IMG/VR virus record: IMGVR_UViG_3300023184_000105
Location: 3,926 to 67,925 of that record
DNA length: 64,000 nt
Source: a virus
Strand: one strand, 5' to 3'
Shown: one piece after another, positions 36,646-48,700 of the stretch
Position numbering within the stretch: the stretch's first letter is position 1
How the letters are laid out: every line of letters begins with the position of its first letter
Program-made: the position numbers and the translations under genes
The notes under the pieces: generated by a model
What the model was told of the DNA's origin: nothing
What the model saw: only the letters and a program-made list of their open reading frames with translations
The model's database searches: none

Positions 36646-39600
36646 TTATAACGTTACTGTGGTTCTAACCATTTTAATGGTCATAGTTGTTGCATTAGTT
36701 GGCTTAAATTTTACAGTTACAAGTGTAGAACTCCATGTAGCGTCAAATACACCCAATTGACCGTTATTTGTAGAAATTCCATATTCATTTATATATGCAT
36801 TTGCTCCGTCATGGAATACTGAAATTTCAGAAATATGGATATTTGACCCGTCAACTATTTGTATAAAATATTTTGCAGAACGGAAAACAGTAGAACTAAA
36901 TGTATCTAAATTAACTTGAGTATTTCCTGAAATATACCCACTAGTAAAACTTGCCTGTAAATTATTATTAGAATATAATGAAGATACGCTTGTTCCTGAG
37001 GAAGCCGCCTGCGTATGTCCTGCTGTAATCTGTCCACCAACCACTAAATCTCTAGTAAGACCTATACCACCTGTGACATTCACTGATCCATTGTAAGGTG
37101 CAGTAGCATTAGAGCCTTCTGTAAATGTTGCAACTCCGGATATAGCAGAAGAGCCATTTACTGTTAAATTAGTTAAAGTTGTAATTGTTGCACTCAACGG
37201 TGCTAAAACTGTTGATCCACCCACATAAAAGTTTTTTCCAATTGCGGCGCCGCCGTAAATTTGTAGGGCGCCTGTACTTGTACTAAATGAATTTGTAGAA
37301 TTTGTAACTGTTGTTAAATTTTTAATTTCAACATAACCATTATTATTACCAATAGTAATAGCAGTAGCAGACCCAGCAAAGTTTATTGTGGTAGCAGTGG
37401 AGTTTATTAAATTAAAAGTCGTTTGATCTGTAGTCAGATTACCGCCATTAATTTTAAGATTTCCTAATAAAAATTCATTGCCGCCTACCCAGACATCGGA
37501 ACCAATACCAACACCACCTACTACTTGCAATGCACCTGAAGAAGTACCGGTGCTGTTAGTAGACGTTGTTAATATTGCTGCGCCAGCATTTATTACAGTA
37601 GAACCGAGTGTGCTAGTGAATATTAATGTTGATCCAGAACCCGATGCTTTAATGGTATCAATGTTTAAACTGTTAGCACCTAAATATAAATCTGAGAATG
37701 GGTTTGCTACCGTACCTAAACTAACAGTATTGTTAAGAGGTATTAATGTATTAGTAAAATATGTATTGCCACCAATATAAACATCGCTTTGTAGTCCAAC
37801 CCCACCAGAGACATTTAATGCCCCTGTGACGGTGTTAGTAGCAGACGTAGTATTTGTAATACTAACACTAGTTTTTATTACTGTAGTCCCTGTACTTGCT
37901 CCAATATTAATAGAAGTAGCAGATCCTGCAAAATGTACAGTAGTTGCAGATGTATTAAGTAAACTAAAAGCAGTTGCATTAGTAGTAATATCTCCACCAT
38001 TTACATTTAAATTACCTTCTAGCCATGTTGAACCATTTACATTTAGATTTTTTCCAATGCCAACACCGCCTGCAATTTGCAATGCACCGGTGCTAGTATT
38101 AAATGAGTTTGAAGAATTTGTTATTGTGGTTAAATTCTTAATAGAAATATAACCATTACTATTACCAATAGTAATAGCAGTAGCAGATCCTGCAAAGTTT
38201 ACAGTGGTAGCAGTGGAGTTTATTAAATTAAATGACAAACTTTTAGTAGTTATATCTCCACCATTAATCTGTAAATCGCCTGTTAAAAATTCGTCGCCAC
38301 CAACATATAAGTTTCCACCAAATCCAACGCCGCCTACAACAGTTAATGCTCCTGTATTAGTGCTGGCTGAATTTGTAGTTCCAGTAAATATCGCATTAAC
38401 GGTACTAAATCTAAATTGATTGTATTCGTATCTAAGTCCATAATCAAATACTGTTGATCCTATTCCATTTTGAAACGGGATCCATCCATCAAAACCATTA
38501 GCAATATTTGATGCGGTAGTTGCTGATCCTGCGGATAATCCTGTAGGAGTGGACCAAGTTGGAATACCATTTTGAGATAATAATATTAGTCCAGCATTTC
38601 CGATTGTTAAAAAAGTAGTTTCACCTGGTGTAGATTGATAAGGAATTGATCCTCTTAGCCCGCCTGCTATATTAGTTGAAGTAGTTGATTGTTCTACTAC
38701 TCCTGATATTAAGTTAGTTAACGTATTATACGTTAATTTAATATCATCAGATAATCTACCATCAGCAGCAACTATAACTATTCTACCTTGTGTTAGTCCT
38801 CTTGCAGTTAAATTTTGTCCATTTATATCTTCGCCAACATATAAACTACCACCAATGCCGACACCGCCAATAACAGATAATGCTCCAGTGTCAGTTGACA
38901 ATGAGGTTTCAGTTCCAACTAATTTTATATTTGCTGTTTTAAATGTTCCGTAGGTAGCCGTACTAAAGGTTCCCGATAACTCGTCGGCATTGGCGTCATA
39001 CCATTCTAAATATTTAGAAGAATTATTTAAAATTAATGCAGCATTTGTATCTGTTCCATTAAAGTAATGAAATCGTATTCCAATACTTTTGCCATCATCT
39101 GCTTTCCATGTTCCTGTAGTATTTCCAGGAACATGCATTTCTATTATATTATCTGTATAAACTGTGTCGGTACTAAACACATATGTAGTACCTCCTGTAA
39201 ATATAACATCATTTTGAAATAGTGCCTGGCCGTAAACTACTAATGATTTTTTAATTGCTACGCCACCGGCAACATATAATGCATTATTAAATAATGTACT
39301 AGTGCTTGCTGTTGTACTTGATACTATTAAATTCTGTCCAAGATACATACCACCTTGTACAATTAACGCTCCTGTACCAGTTGAGGCAACTGTAGTAGTA
39401 GTAATTGAAACAATACCTGTTGCGGTTACTGCTTTAACTGGTCCTAAGTTTCCAGTGTAATAAAAATTACCGTCTACAGTTAAATTATTACTTACTGTTA
39501 GTGCTCCACCAATAGACGCAGTGGTTCCTACAATTAAATTAGCGGCAATTGCGGCACCGCCGTTAACTTGTAATGCATTAGATTGATAAGTTGAACTTGT

Positions 39601-39669
39601 AACAACACTGGTGCCTTGTATTACAATACCATTTCTTGTTACAAAATCTTCGGTTATTAGTGTTGCCAT
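36646..39669 (-). CDS. Thr/Gly-rich repetitive fibre protein (1007 aa)
   Basis: DFVTRNG N-terminus, TGALxVxGGxG and FNLINSTATTVNFAGSAT repeats, C-terminal DTF...RSAKYFIQI...EYG domain. Confidence 0.8.
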   Translation of the reverse strand: MATLITEDFVTRNGIVIQGTSVVTSSTYQSNALQVNGGAAIAANLIVGTTASIGGALTVSNNLTVDGNFYYTGNLGPVKAVTATGIVSITTTTVASTGTGALIVQGGMYLGQNLIVSSTTASTSTLFNNALYVAGGVAIKKSLVVYGQALFQNDVIFTGGTTYVFSTDTVYTDNIIEMHVPGNTTGTWKADDGKSIGIRFHYFNGTDTNAALILNNSSKYLEWYDANADELSGTFSTATYGTFKTANIKLVGTETSLSTDTGALSVIGGVGIGGSLYVGEDINGQNLTARGLTQGRIVIVAADGRLSDDIKLTYNTLTNLISGVVEQSTTSTNIAGGLRGSIPYQSTPGETTFLTIGNAGLILLSQNGIPTWSTPTGLSAGSATTASNIANGFDGWIPFQNGIGSTVFDYGLRYEYNQFRFSTVNAIFTGTTNSASTNTGALTVVGGVGFGGNLYVGGDEFLTGDLQINGGDITTKSLSFNLINSTATTVNFAGSATAITIGNSNGYISIKNLTTITNSSNSFNTSTGALQIAGGVGIGKNLNVNGSTWLEGNLNVNGGDITTNATAFSLLNTSATTVHFAGSATSINIGASTGTTVIKTSVSITNTTSATNTVTGALNVSGGVGLQSDVYIGGNTYFTNTLIPLNNTVSLGTVANPFSDLYLGANSLNIDTIKASGSGSTLIFTSTLGSTVINAGAAILTTSTNSTGTSSGALQVVGGVGIGSDVWVGGNEFLLGNLKINGGNLTTDQTTFNLINSTATTINFAGSATAITIGNNNGYVEIKNLTTVTNSTNSFSTSTGALQIYGGAAIGKNFYVGGSTVLAPLSATITTLTNLTVNGSSAISGVATFTEGSNATAPYNGSVNVTGGIGLTRDLVVGGQITAGHTQAASSGTSVSSLYSNNNLQASFTSGYISGNTQVNLDTFSSTVFRSAKYFIQIVDGSNIHISEISVFHDGANAYINEYGISTNNGQLGVFDATWSSTLVTVKFKPTNATTMTIKMVRTTVTL

Positions 39670-39673
39670 TTTA

Positions 39674-40552
39674 TTAAACAGTCATTGCTGTTCTTAATAC
39701 TTTAATTGTTTTTGGTACTGTATCGTTTGGGGTAAAGTATAGATTTACTACCCAATCTCCTCCTACGTTAGTAACGTCTTTGGAAAATGATCCCAAAGTT
39801 CCATTTGATGAAATTATTCCATATTCTGTAGCAAACGCGGTGCCTGTGTTAGATGCTACTAACATTATCTCCATACATTGAAAACGTGCAGTGGAAGTGG
39901 TTCCCTCATCAATCTGTATAAAATATTTTGAAGATCTGTAATTATTTAAACTATATGAATCAATCAAATATTGTGCTACAGTATCTACTGTAGTTTTTGT
40001 AGAGTCAAAAACAGTATCTGCAATTTGTAAACTTTCTGAATTTATTCGTTTACCAACTCCTAATCCACCCAAGACAGTAACAGCACCCGAATCAGTTGAT
40101 ATAGATTCAGCATCATTTAAAAAACTAATATAGTTAGTAGTACTATTTCCTCTACCTGTGACTGAGTGTAGTGTAGAAATATTGTTGAATATCAATGCTC
40201 CAGTATTTGTCATACTTACAATAATATCAATATCCACGCCCTCGTTTGCTTGTCCACTAAAACTTGCTGTAGTAATAACGGGGCTTGCATTAAGGTATAA
40301 GAATCCACCTACTACTAAATCTTGTTGAATATATGCTCCACCATCTACAATTAACGTTCCCACTGTAGGATCTTGAGGAAGTACATTTGTACTAGAAGTA
40401 AGGCGTAGTGTATTAGCAACAATACCCGTTGAGGTATTAGATGAATTAATAACTAACCAAGCGGAGCCGCTCCAACCGTATACTTTTGAACTACCTATAG
40501 GTGCGTATGTATCTCCTATATTAGGATTTTGAGGAAAATTTAATATTGCCAT
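39674..40552 (-). CDS. Short fibre/adaptor protein
   Basis: N-terminal LNFPQNPNIGDTY...WSGSAW; C-terminal DSY...RSSKYFIQI...EYG domain paralogous to the upstream gene. Confidence 0.72.
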   Translation of the reverse strand: MAILNFPQNPNIGDTYAPIGSSKVYGWSGSAWLVINSSNTSTGIVANTLRLTSSTNVLPQDPTVGTLIVDGGAYIQQDLVVGGFLYLNASPVITTASFSGQANEGVDIDIIVSMTNTGALIFNNISTLHSVTGRGNSTTNYISFLNDAESISTDSGAVTVLGGLGVGKRINSESLQIADTVFDSTKTTVDTVAQYLIDSYSLNNYRSSKYFIQIDEGTTSTARFQCMEIMLVASNTGTAFATEYGIISSNGTLGSFSKDVTNVGGDWVVNLYFTPNDTVPKTIKVLRTAMTV

Positions 40553-40571
40553 GTTTTTACTCTTTTATTCA

Positions 40572-42305
40572 TTAAACTGCGCCAACTTGTATCCAAAATG
40601 TACTAGTGCCGTCTTTGATATATTGTAGGTATGCAAGATTAGTTGCATCGATCCATACATCTCCCAATCTTGGAGCCGCAGGGGTTGAAGTTGTTACAAA
40701 TACTCGGGGAGTATATAATAGATAATTTTCGTCTTCTATTCCTGTATTGCTATATACATCACCTCCTATGCCAACTCCACCTACAACAGTTAATGCACCG
40801 GTTGTTGTAGATGTTGCTGCTAAAGAATTAACAATTGATGCTGTAGTAAATGATGCAGCAGCAGATGTATTCAATCCTATTGATGCATTATCTATGCTAC
40901 CTAATCCTGATGGATTTATAGTAACTTTTCCACCTGATGTTGGCTCTAAATATACATTAAATCCTACAGGACTTAATTCTACTTTTCCACTTCCAATAGC
41001 ATTAAGTTGTTTTTCTACGTTTATACTACCATTTACACCTAACCCGCCTGCAACAACTAATGCTCCGGTAGTGGGATTTGTAGAAGTTGTTAAACCACCA
41101 ATATGTACATCGTCACTGATACCAGCGCCACCTATTACAGTTAACGCACCCGTCGACGGACTTACTGATTGCTCTCCTATACCTATTTCGGTATTAGCAT
41201 TTAAAGTAGCAGATCCTTGACCATTATAATAAAACACAGTTCCGAAATTTATTTGATTATCGACACCGTCAACTATAAGAGCACCGTTAATTGATATTAT
41301 GTTATTACCTTGCGTTAAATTAACACCGCCTGTTCCTGCAAAGAAATTATAAGAGCCTGTTGTTAAATTTTTTGCAATTTCATAACCAAACAAAAAGTTA
41401 TTTTTACCATCAACTAATTTTCTTCCTGCATTAGTACCAATAACAATATTATTATCTTTTAGTAAAATTCTACTTACAGTTCCTCCATTGATATACGTAG
41501 AATAACCTGTACTATCCGACGGTGTACCTAATATATTGTCTGTGTATAGGGCGATTGTTAACGTGTTTAACACTCGAACATAAAATGCCTGGGTGTTTAG
41601 TTCGGTCATTCCGTTAACATCATTAATTCTTACATATGCTCCATTTGATAAATTATGAAATGGTACTGATAAGACTGTTGGATAAGCCTGTGTAGCAGTT
41701 ATTATAGAACCTATAACAACGTCAGGTACTACTCCTAATTGTTTAAGTGCGCCATCTCCTATAGCAATAGTATTTAAAATATGAGTACCGGTGCTTAATG
41801 CGTCTCTACCAATGGCAATACTTCTATAAGAAGTATCTAGGCCTCCAAACACATTGTAACCAATTGCAATATTTTCTTGACCGTTATCATATTCATAATC
41901 TACTACAGTAGCAGTACCACGAAATACAATATTGTTATACCCTTCAAAACCTCTACCTATAGTAAGATCATTTACATGTATATCTTCTTTTACCCATAAG
42001 TTTCTACCAATACCAACTCCGCCAGTTACTACTAATGAACCTGATCCAGTGCCAGTAGAGATTGTGGTAGTTCCAGTTGCTAAAATTGTAATTGTACCAG
42101 TTGACAAACTACTATACATACGTGAGTTGTCAAACTCAATGTTACCTAAACTAGAAGCATATCTAGTTTGATATAACTCATTGGTAATTAAGGTAAATCC
42201 AGTGGTACTTGTTGTTGGAGGTAACTGGGGCATTGCTCCTGCGGTTGCTAGGAACTCTCCACTTCCTCCTTTTCTTAATCTTTTTCCACTTATTAAATTT
42301 GGCAT
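40572..42305 (-). CDS. Fibre/structural protein with YadA-head-like NIAIG repeats and an E1-FCCH-like domain
   Basis: NIAIG/SIAIG/TIAIG repeats; ITATQAYPTVLSVPFHNLSNGAYVRINDVNGMTELN is FCCH-like; C-terminal PRLGDVWID. Confidence 0.65.
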   Translation of the reverse strand: MPNLISGKRLRKGGSGEFLATAGAMPQLPPTTSTTGFTLITNELYQTRYASSLGNIEFDNSRMYSSLSTGTITILATGTTTISTGTGSGSLVVTGGVGIGRNLWVKEDIHVNDLTIGRGFEGYNNIVFRGTATVVDYEYDNGQENIAIGYNVFGGLDTSYRSIAIGRDALSTGTHILNTIAIGDGALKQLGVVPDVVIGSIITATQAYPTVLSVPFHNLSNGAYVRINDVNGMTELNTQAFYVRVLNTLTIALYTDNILGTPSDSTGYSTYINGGTVSRILLKDNNIVIGTNAGRKLVDGKNNFLFGYEIAKNLTTGSYNFFAGTGGVNLTQGNNIISINGALIVDGVDNQINFGTVFYYNGQGSATLNANTEIGIGEQSVSPSTGALTVIGGAGISDDVHIGGLTTSTNPTTGALVVAGGLGVNGSINVEKQLNAIGSGKVELSPVGFNVYLEPTSGGKVTINPSGLGSIDNASIGLNTSAAASFTTASIVNSLAATSTTTGALTVVGGVGIGGDVYSNTGIEDENYLLYTPRVFVTTSTPAAPRLGDVWIDATNLAYLQYIKDGTSTFWIQVGAV

Positions 42306-42317
42306 ACTGATCTCTTT

Positions 42318-42737
42318 TTAATTATTTGCTGTTTCTAATACGCTTAATACTAGTTGAAGTGCATTAGTGCTACTGCTAAGATTGTAAGCACGAACACTAT
42401 CTAATTGCTCTAAAATAAGTTTGCCTGTTAATACACTAGCAGCATCTCCGCCTGGAATTTCATAATCTTTAACAAGATAACTATCAGTATTTCCATCTTG
42501 ACCGCCATTACCTTGTGCATCTCGTAGCACCGGTCTATTTCTATGATGTAGAAAACTGCAAGTTTGTGTTACTGTAGATATATTAGAAATTTGTGCCATT
42601 AATATAATTGCAGTAACACCAATAGGTGCAGTATATACCGTAGATGTTTGCATACCCGCTGTATAACTTATATACGCAGTTGCTGACGTTAGTTTAGTCG
42701 TCTTTGTTTTAAATGTGTTTAATGGAATTAACGCCAT
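42318..42737 (-). CDS. Small virion structural protein
   Basis: PLNTFKT...VYTAPIGVTAIILMAQISN...GKLILEQLDS...VLSVLETAN. Confidence 0.65.
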   Translation of the reverse strand: MALIPLNTFKTKTTKLTSATAYISYTAGMQTSTVYTAPIGVTAIILMAQISNISTVTQTCSFLHHRNRPVLRDAQGNGGQDGNTDSYLVKDYEIPGGDAASVLTGKLILEQLDSVRAYNLSSSTNALQLVLSVLETANN

Positions 42738-42747
42738 AATTTATCCT

Positions 42748-45700
42748 TTATAATGCTCCGCCTTCAATTGCTAGTATAAACGGTGTCATATTAGCAAATA
42801 ATGATTTAGTAAATGTTCTACCACTTAGAACACCTGTTGCCTGACTAATAACTAATCCCGGACCAATACGGAAATCACCGTTTTGATCTGTACTTGTAAA
42901 GAATACTTTACCGTTATCAAGTTGTACAACTTCTTTACTTTGAACAGGATCAGCAATACCTCTTTGTGGTAGTGCTCCATAATTAGTACCTGCTCCTACA
43001 TATTCAAATACATATCCACTAGCACTAATGTAACTACGTTGATAGAAGTTTACATTTGAGCCGTCTGGGAATAGATCAGTTCTTGTAACATTTTCACCTA
43101 ATTGAACAATTCGATGCGTACCATGACGAGACCAATAACTTAAACCGTTGAATACAGAATTATATCGTCCTCCGGATTCTATATCATAGATTATTCTAGT
43201 CATTATTAGTCCAACATCTCGACGACATTTTGCATCGTCGTATCGTAAACCAGTAAATTGTTGTTTTACAAATGCGCTTACTTCATCTGCCATAAAAGTA
43301 AGATTTTCTTTTATTAATGTTATAGCACTTCCCGCACCTGTTACAGTTGGTCCAGATTTAGTTCTTTGTGCAGGTTTTACAACTAACTCAGCGGCTGCTA
43401 ATGTTGGTGCATTAAGAATACTAATTATTTCACCAAATCTTAAATTAATAAATGATGCAGCACCGCCACCACCTTGTACCAATGGTAATTTTTTTTGCAC
43501 AGAAGCAGTAGGAGGATAGTTTGTATCTACAAATGCTGTGATTTCTGCCTGTAAGAAACTTCTGTTGGCTTCCAATAATGTTGCAGCATTAATGATATTT
43601 GTATCAGTACTTCTTGTTAAATCTATTGGTGCTTTAGTCACACTAGAAATCGGAGTAGTTCCGTCAATTATGTTTGTAATCCTATCAACTAAACTTTCAG
43701 CCGTCGAAACTTCTGAGCCAGTTCCCACACTTCCCGATAATGCTTGGATTTGACTAGTTTGGTAAGGTGCTGTAATTTGTGTACTAGTAATAATATCTGT
43801 TAGTAATGATTTTAGATAATTATATGCCGCAACTGATTGTGTTATTTCACCCGGTAGTGCTGTAGAAGTATCGTTATATCCCCAATAATATGCACCGCTT
43901 TGTATTGCTTGACGATTTCCACCATATAATAAATCAAAACTTACACTGTCAATAATATATCCTATGTCTGTAGCACAACGTCCTGAATCATAACTAAATG
44001 TTGGATATACTGCTGTAATATAAGCAATTGCTTCATTTTGTAGGTATGATTTATTAGCCTGCAATAGAGCATATGCTTTCTGTATGTTTGTATCAACGCT
44101 GGCTGTTAGTCTATTTGGTACGACTCTATCAGTTATACTAGTAACGCCGTTTGTTAGTATGTCAGTAATTAAACTAAAATCAGTATTAACAATGCCTGCT
44201 TCGGTTAAAGTTGCAGGATTAGTAGTAACAGGTTGTGTTCCTGCATATCTTGTTCCAGATGTATCACCAGTTACAATTTTCATTGCTATGTCTCTAACAT
44301 GATTTATAGCATTTGTAGTTGTTGTTAGTTCTTGATTGATTGTTCCAACACGACCACCATGATTCCAATATTGTATACCTGAAAAATCAACTTGGGTAGT
44401 ACCATTAAACAATAAATCTTGTGCTACCGCATCAACTAGTAATCCTACATCACGAGAACATTTTGTTTTATTGTAAATAAATCCAGTTGGTGTAGGTTGT
44501 AATCTAGTAACAGTTTGATTACTAATAATTTGATTAGTAATAGTATTTAAATGTTGTAATACTGCGGTATGTGCTGCTATTTGATCAGTTCCGTCTACAG
44601 TTAATCCAGCAGTTAAAATATTACTACCAAGTGGTTTAGGATCCTCACCTACTTCGCTGCTTAATACAGTATAGTAAGAATTTCCGCAGAAATACAAATC
44701 AAAGTAATTATTATTAACATAACCTAATGCGTAATTATTTGTAGGATCAGTTCCACCGCTAGTTAGTGCATTACTCAATGTAATACTTTGATATCCTACA
44801 TCAGTTACGACAGTACCTGTTGCAATATAAAGTACACCATTACCGTTATGCTGTAAACCATATTGGTCTCTAGCATATACCGTATTTCCAACAGCGATGC
44901 CGTCAGTAACAATTCCAGATATAGTAATACTACCGGTATTTAATGTAGAAGTTGTTGGGCTTGCATTTAAGAAACCTGCAAAACTTTGTTCATTTGTATG
45001 ACCATCTGGTGGAATTATTTCCATAATTAAAGAAATATGTGGACGGTCATCTACATCTGGAACAAATACTCTTACCTGACCACCGTTTGGCCAAAAACCA
45101 TTTGGATAGTAAGGATTAAAATCTGGGTCATCGGGATATGCTTTATATGGTGGATTATAAATTGTTCCACTAAATGCTCGTTTACCGTGCCCTTTAGACA
45201 ATAAACAAATATCACCAAAGTTAGCATTACTATTAACAATACTTGCAATACCACCATTGTCTGTTTGTACACCAATTGAACAGAAAATTGTAAACACAGA
45301 AACTAACTGTGCATACCCATCATTGGTAACATGTACTCCAACTCCACCTTGATTTAATTGTGTAAATGCATCATAAACAAACGATTGGATAGGACTGCGG
45401 GCACTTATAACACCACCGTCAACTAAACTTCCTCCCATTGCACCAATAGGATCTAATTTTCTACTATCCCATGTAGTCGGTAACAGGCCTAGTCCACCCA
45501 ATTCAACGGAAGTTGAAACATAAGCGTCAACTTGTTTATCTTGTTTTGGAAGTGTTGAAACATCTCCAAAATATAATGTTGCATTATTTCCAAATCCAAC
45601 AGTTGGCTGGCTTAACCCTATTAAGAATGAACCATCCATTAAATCATCAACTGATGCCACAGTTGGTGGAAGTTTAACATCAGAACCATTTAGACCTGTT

Positions 45701-48700
45701 AATGCAAATAGACCGCCTCCTGCATACAATGCTGGTGCATATAACGGTCCTCTTTCTATGATATTAGTAATAATATTAAAGTTTCGTGTTACTGCTTCCT
45801 GTGGCATATAATCGCCACCGTATTTAAAGAACGGATTAATTACTTGAGTCGAAACTGTTCCTGTTTGTACTGTAGCAGTTGTATTAGCAATTATTTGTAA
45901 TGCTAAATCTCTAGCATAATTAATTGCCATAGTTGTTGTAGTTTCTTGGCCGCCGACCTGATTATATCCAAGACTCCAATACGCTAATCCTGCTTCAACA
46001 GATTTAAAATTGCCGCCTAATAGTATATCTTGGCTTACAGCATCGACAATTAATCCAGTATCTCTATAGCATTGATCTTGATCGTACTCAAATGCTCCTG
46101 GATTATATGTTCGATTAATATATGCAATAGTTTCTGCAATTAAAAAGTCTCTGTTATTGGTAATATTATTATATGCAATAACAACATTAGGGTTGGTACT
46201 GGCAATTAATGATATTGGTTTTGCTTCATTTGCTACACCGGGTCCGTTATTAATTATATTATTAATAATAAATGTTCCAGTATTAAGTATAGTAGCCTCA
46301 GCACTAGTTGCAGAGTCTAATGAGAATTTTTGTTTTACCTTAGATTGTAACGCATTTACACCAAGGTTTTGTATTACTTGTCCTGCAATTAAAGATAAAT
46401 GCGAAAATGCATTTGTAGTTTGAACAATTTCAGTTCTAATATTAGAATTAGTATCACTAAATCCAAAATAGTAAACCGCAGATTGTACTACTTGTCTATT
46501 TCCGCCATGCAACAAATCAAAACATACAGAATCTATTATATAACCTACGTCGCGTTTACATGTTGCAGTATTATACGCATAGAATCCTAATCCACCTGCC
46601 GAAGTACTTGCTGTAATGTAGGCATTAACTTCTTCTGCCAGATAATTTTTATTTTCTTGTAGTTTTGATACAGCATTTTGCACACCTGACGAATTACTTG
46701 GTATCCCATTTGGAATAATAGTATCAGTCCATTTTGTATTATTACCACTTAAAATATCTGTTAATGTATTAAACAATCTATTAATAACAATAACTTCATT
46801 TACAGTTCCGCCTTGCGTACTAGTATTTTGATATATGCTTACTGTCGGAGTAAAGAAACGATCTATTAAGTCATCAGTAGGTGTAATATTTTGTATAATT
46901 TTTACTGATAAGTCTTTTAAATATTTAATAGAATTTGTTGTAGTTGTTATTTCGGTATCAATAATTCCAGTATACCCATCTCTACTCCAGTATTGTAATC
47001 CACTAAATGTACTTTGACTATATTCTGGAGTAAAATATAATAAATCATTTGCGATTGAATCAACTATAAGTCCTGTATCTCTTCTACATTTAATTTCGTT
47101 ATACGGAAATGTTTTATGAGATAAAAATCTGTTAACATAATTTATTGTATTTTCTTGAATAAATTGTCTATTAGCCTGCATTAATATTTCAGCACTAACA
47201 AATGCGGCATCGGGTCCTGCACTTTTGTATACTGCTGGTGCAACATTAGGTCCATTATTAATAATATTAGTAATAATTCCAAACAAACTTCTTACTGAAG
47301 ATGTTGAAATATTTCCATCAAGTAACGCATAGTTAATAACTTGATTAAATTTCTTAGATGATCCAACTACATCTGATACTGGTTGATTAACAATAACTTT
47401 TTCCACCATATCATTTAAATAATTGATAGCAGCAGTAGTTTGTAATTCTTGTCCCGCAATTTTACTCACAACTCCGTTAAAATATGCTAATCCACTTTCG
47501 ACTGCTTTTTCGTTTCCACCAAATGTTGCATCATATGCAACATTTTCAACCAATATGCCTACATCACGGAAACAAAATTCTTGATTATATGTAAAAGAAG
47601 AAGTAGTTGCAGTATCCCACCAAATACTCCCATTAACACCAATATTAGATACAATTTGATTATTAATATAACCTACTACTTGCTCTTGTAAGAATGGTTT
47701 GTTTGCTAATAATAAAGTTCTAGCATTAAAGAATCCCTTATTTTGTTGCCCTGTATTAATTGTATCACCTTGTTTAATAATATTTCCAGATGAAGGAGTT
47801 ACTATAATAGTAGTAGTATTTGCAGGCCATGTTCCTATACCCACGGCTCTTGGTATTTGTACCGTTTGATTTGGTATAAACATAGTACCATCTTTTAACC
47901 ATGGACCACTTTGATTTGTACAATTTTGAATATACGGGCTATGGAATAAATCAATTTTATCATCGCCTGTTAAAGGAGGAAATGCAGTTGCATACGCACC
48001 TCTATTAAATCCCGGATCAAAAGGACCTTCTAGTAATCCACTGCGACCATTTAAGAAAGTCATATAGTTAAGATAGCATCCGCTATCTACATGAAATAAA
48101 TCTTGTGTTTTGTTAATTGGTTCAATAAAAGTTGTACGGATGTCACTGCCTCTGATACTAGTATAAGGTTTTAATCTTAAAGGATTATCTTCCAAATAGT
48201 ATCCAGCACTGACTAAAATTTGTGTACCTGATTGATAATAAGGACTTGCCAATGCGCCGCCAATTGTACGACATGCACGACTAGAATCCATAGCACGACC
48301 ATCATTTGTATCATCACCGTCTACGGTTACATATAATGTATTGGTAACTACAGGTGCAGTACCAATTGGATTTGCGCCTCTTACTCTGATATCGCCATAT
48401 ATATCTGTTACACCTGCATAAGGTTTAAGTTCAATAGTACCTGTAGTAGATGCAATTATTCTTGTGTATATATCGTGAACATATGCTTCTGCCCATTGGG
48501 TTGATGTATCTCCAATATGGCCTGTATTATCGTCTCTAGGTTGTACATTTTTAGCAGTAATTTTTTCATCTACATAGATGTCTTTTTTAATACCAACACC
48601 ACCTTTTACCTGTAACGCTCCTGTGTCACTATCTGTTGCATTTTCATTTGAAACAACTCTGATCTTATCTGTAGTAATTCTACCTAAACTTGGATTATAT

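Noticed and set aside
34637-41220. Several plus-strand ORFs (PPTT..NAPV-rich) opposite the fibre genes
   Set aside because: Antisense translations of GGT/GCA/ACT-rich repeats; not independent genes.
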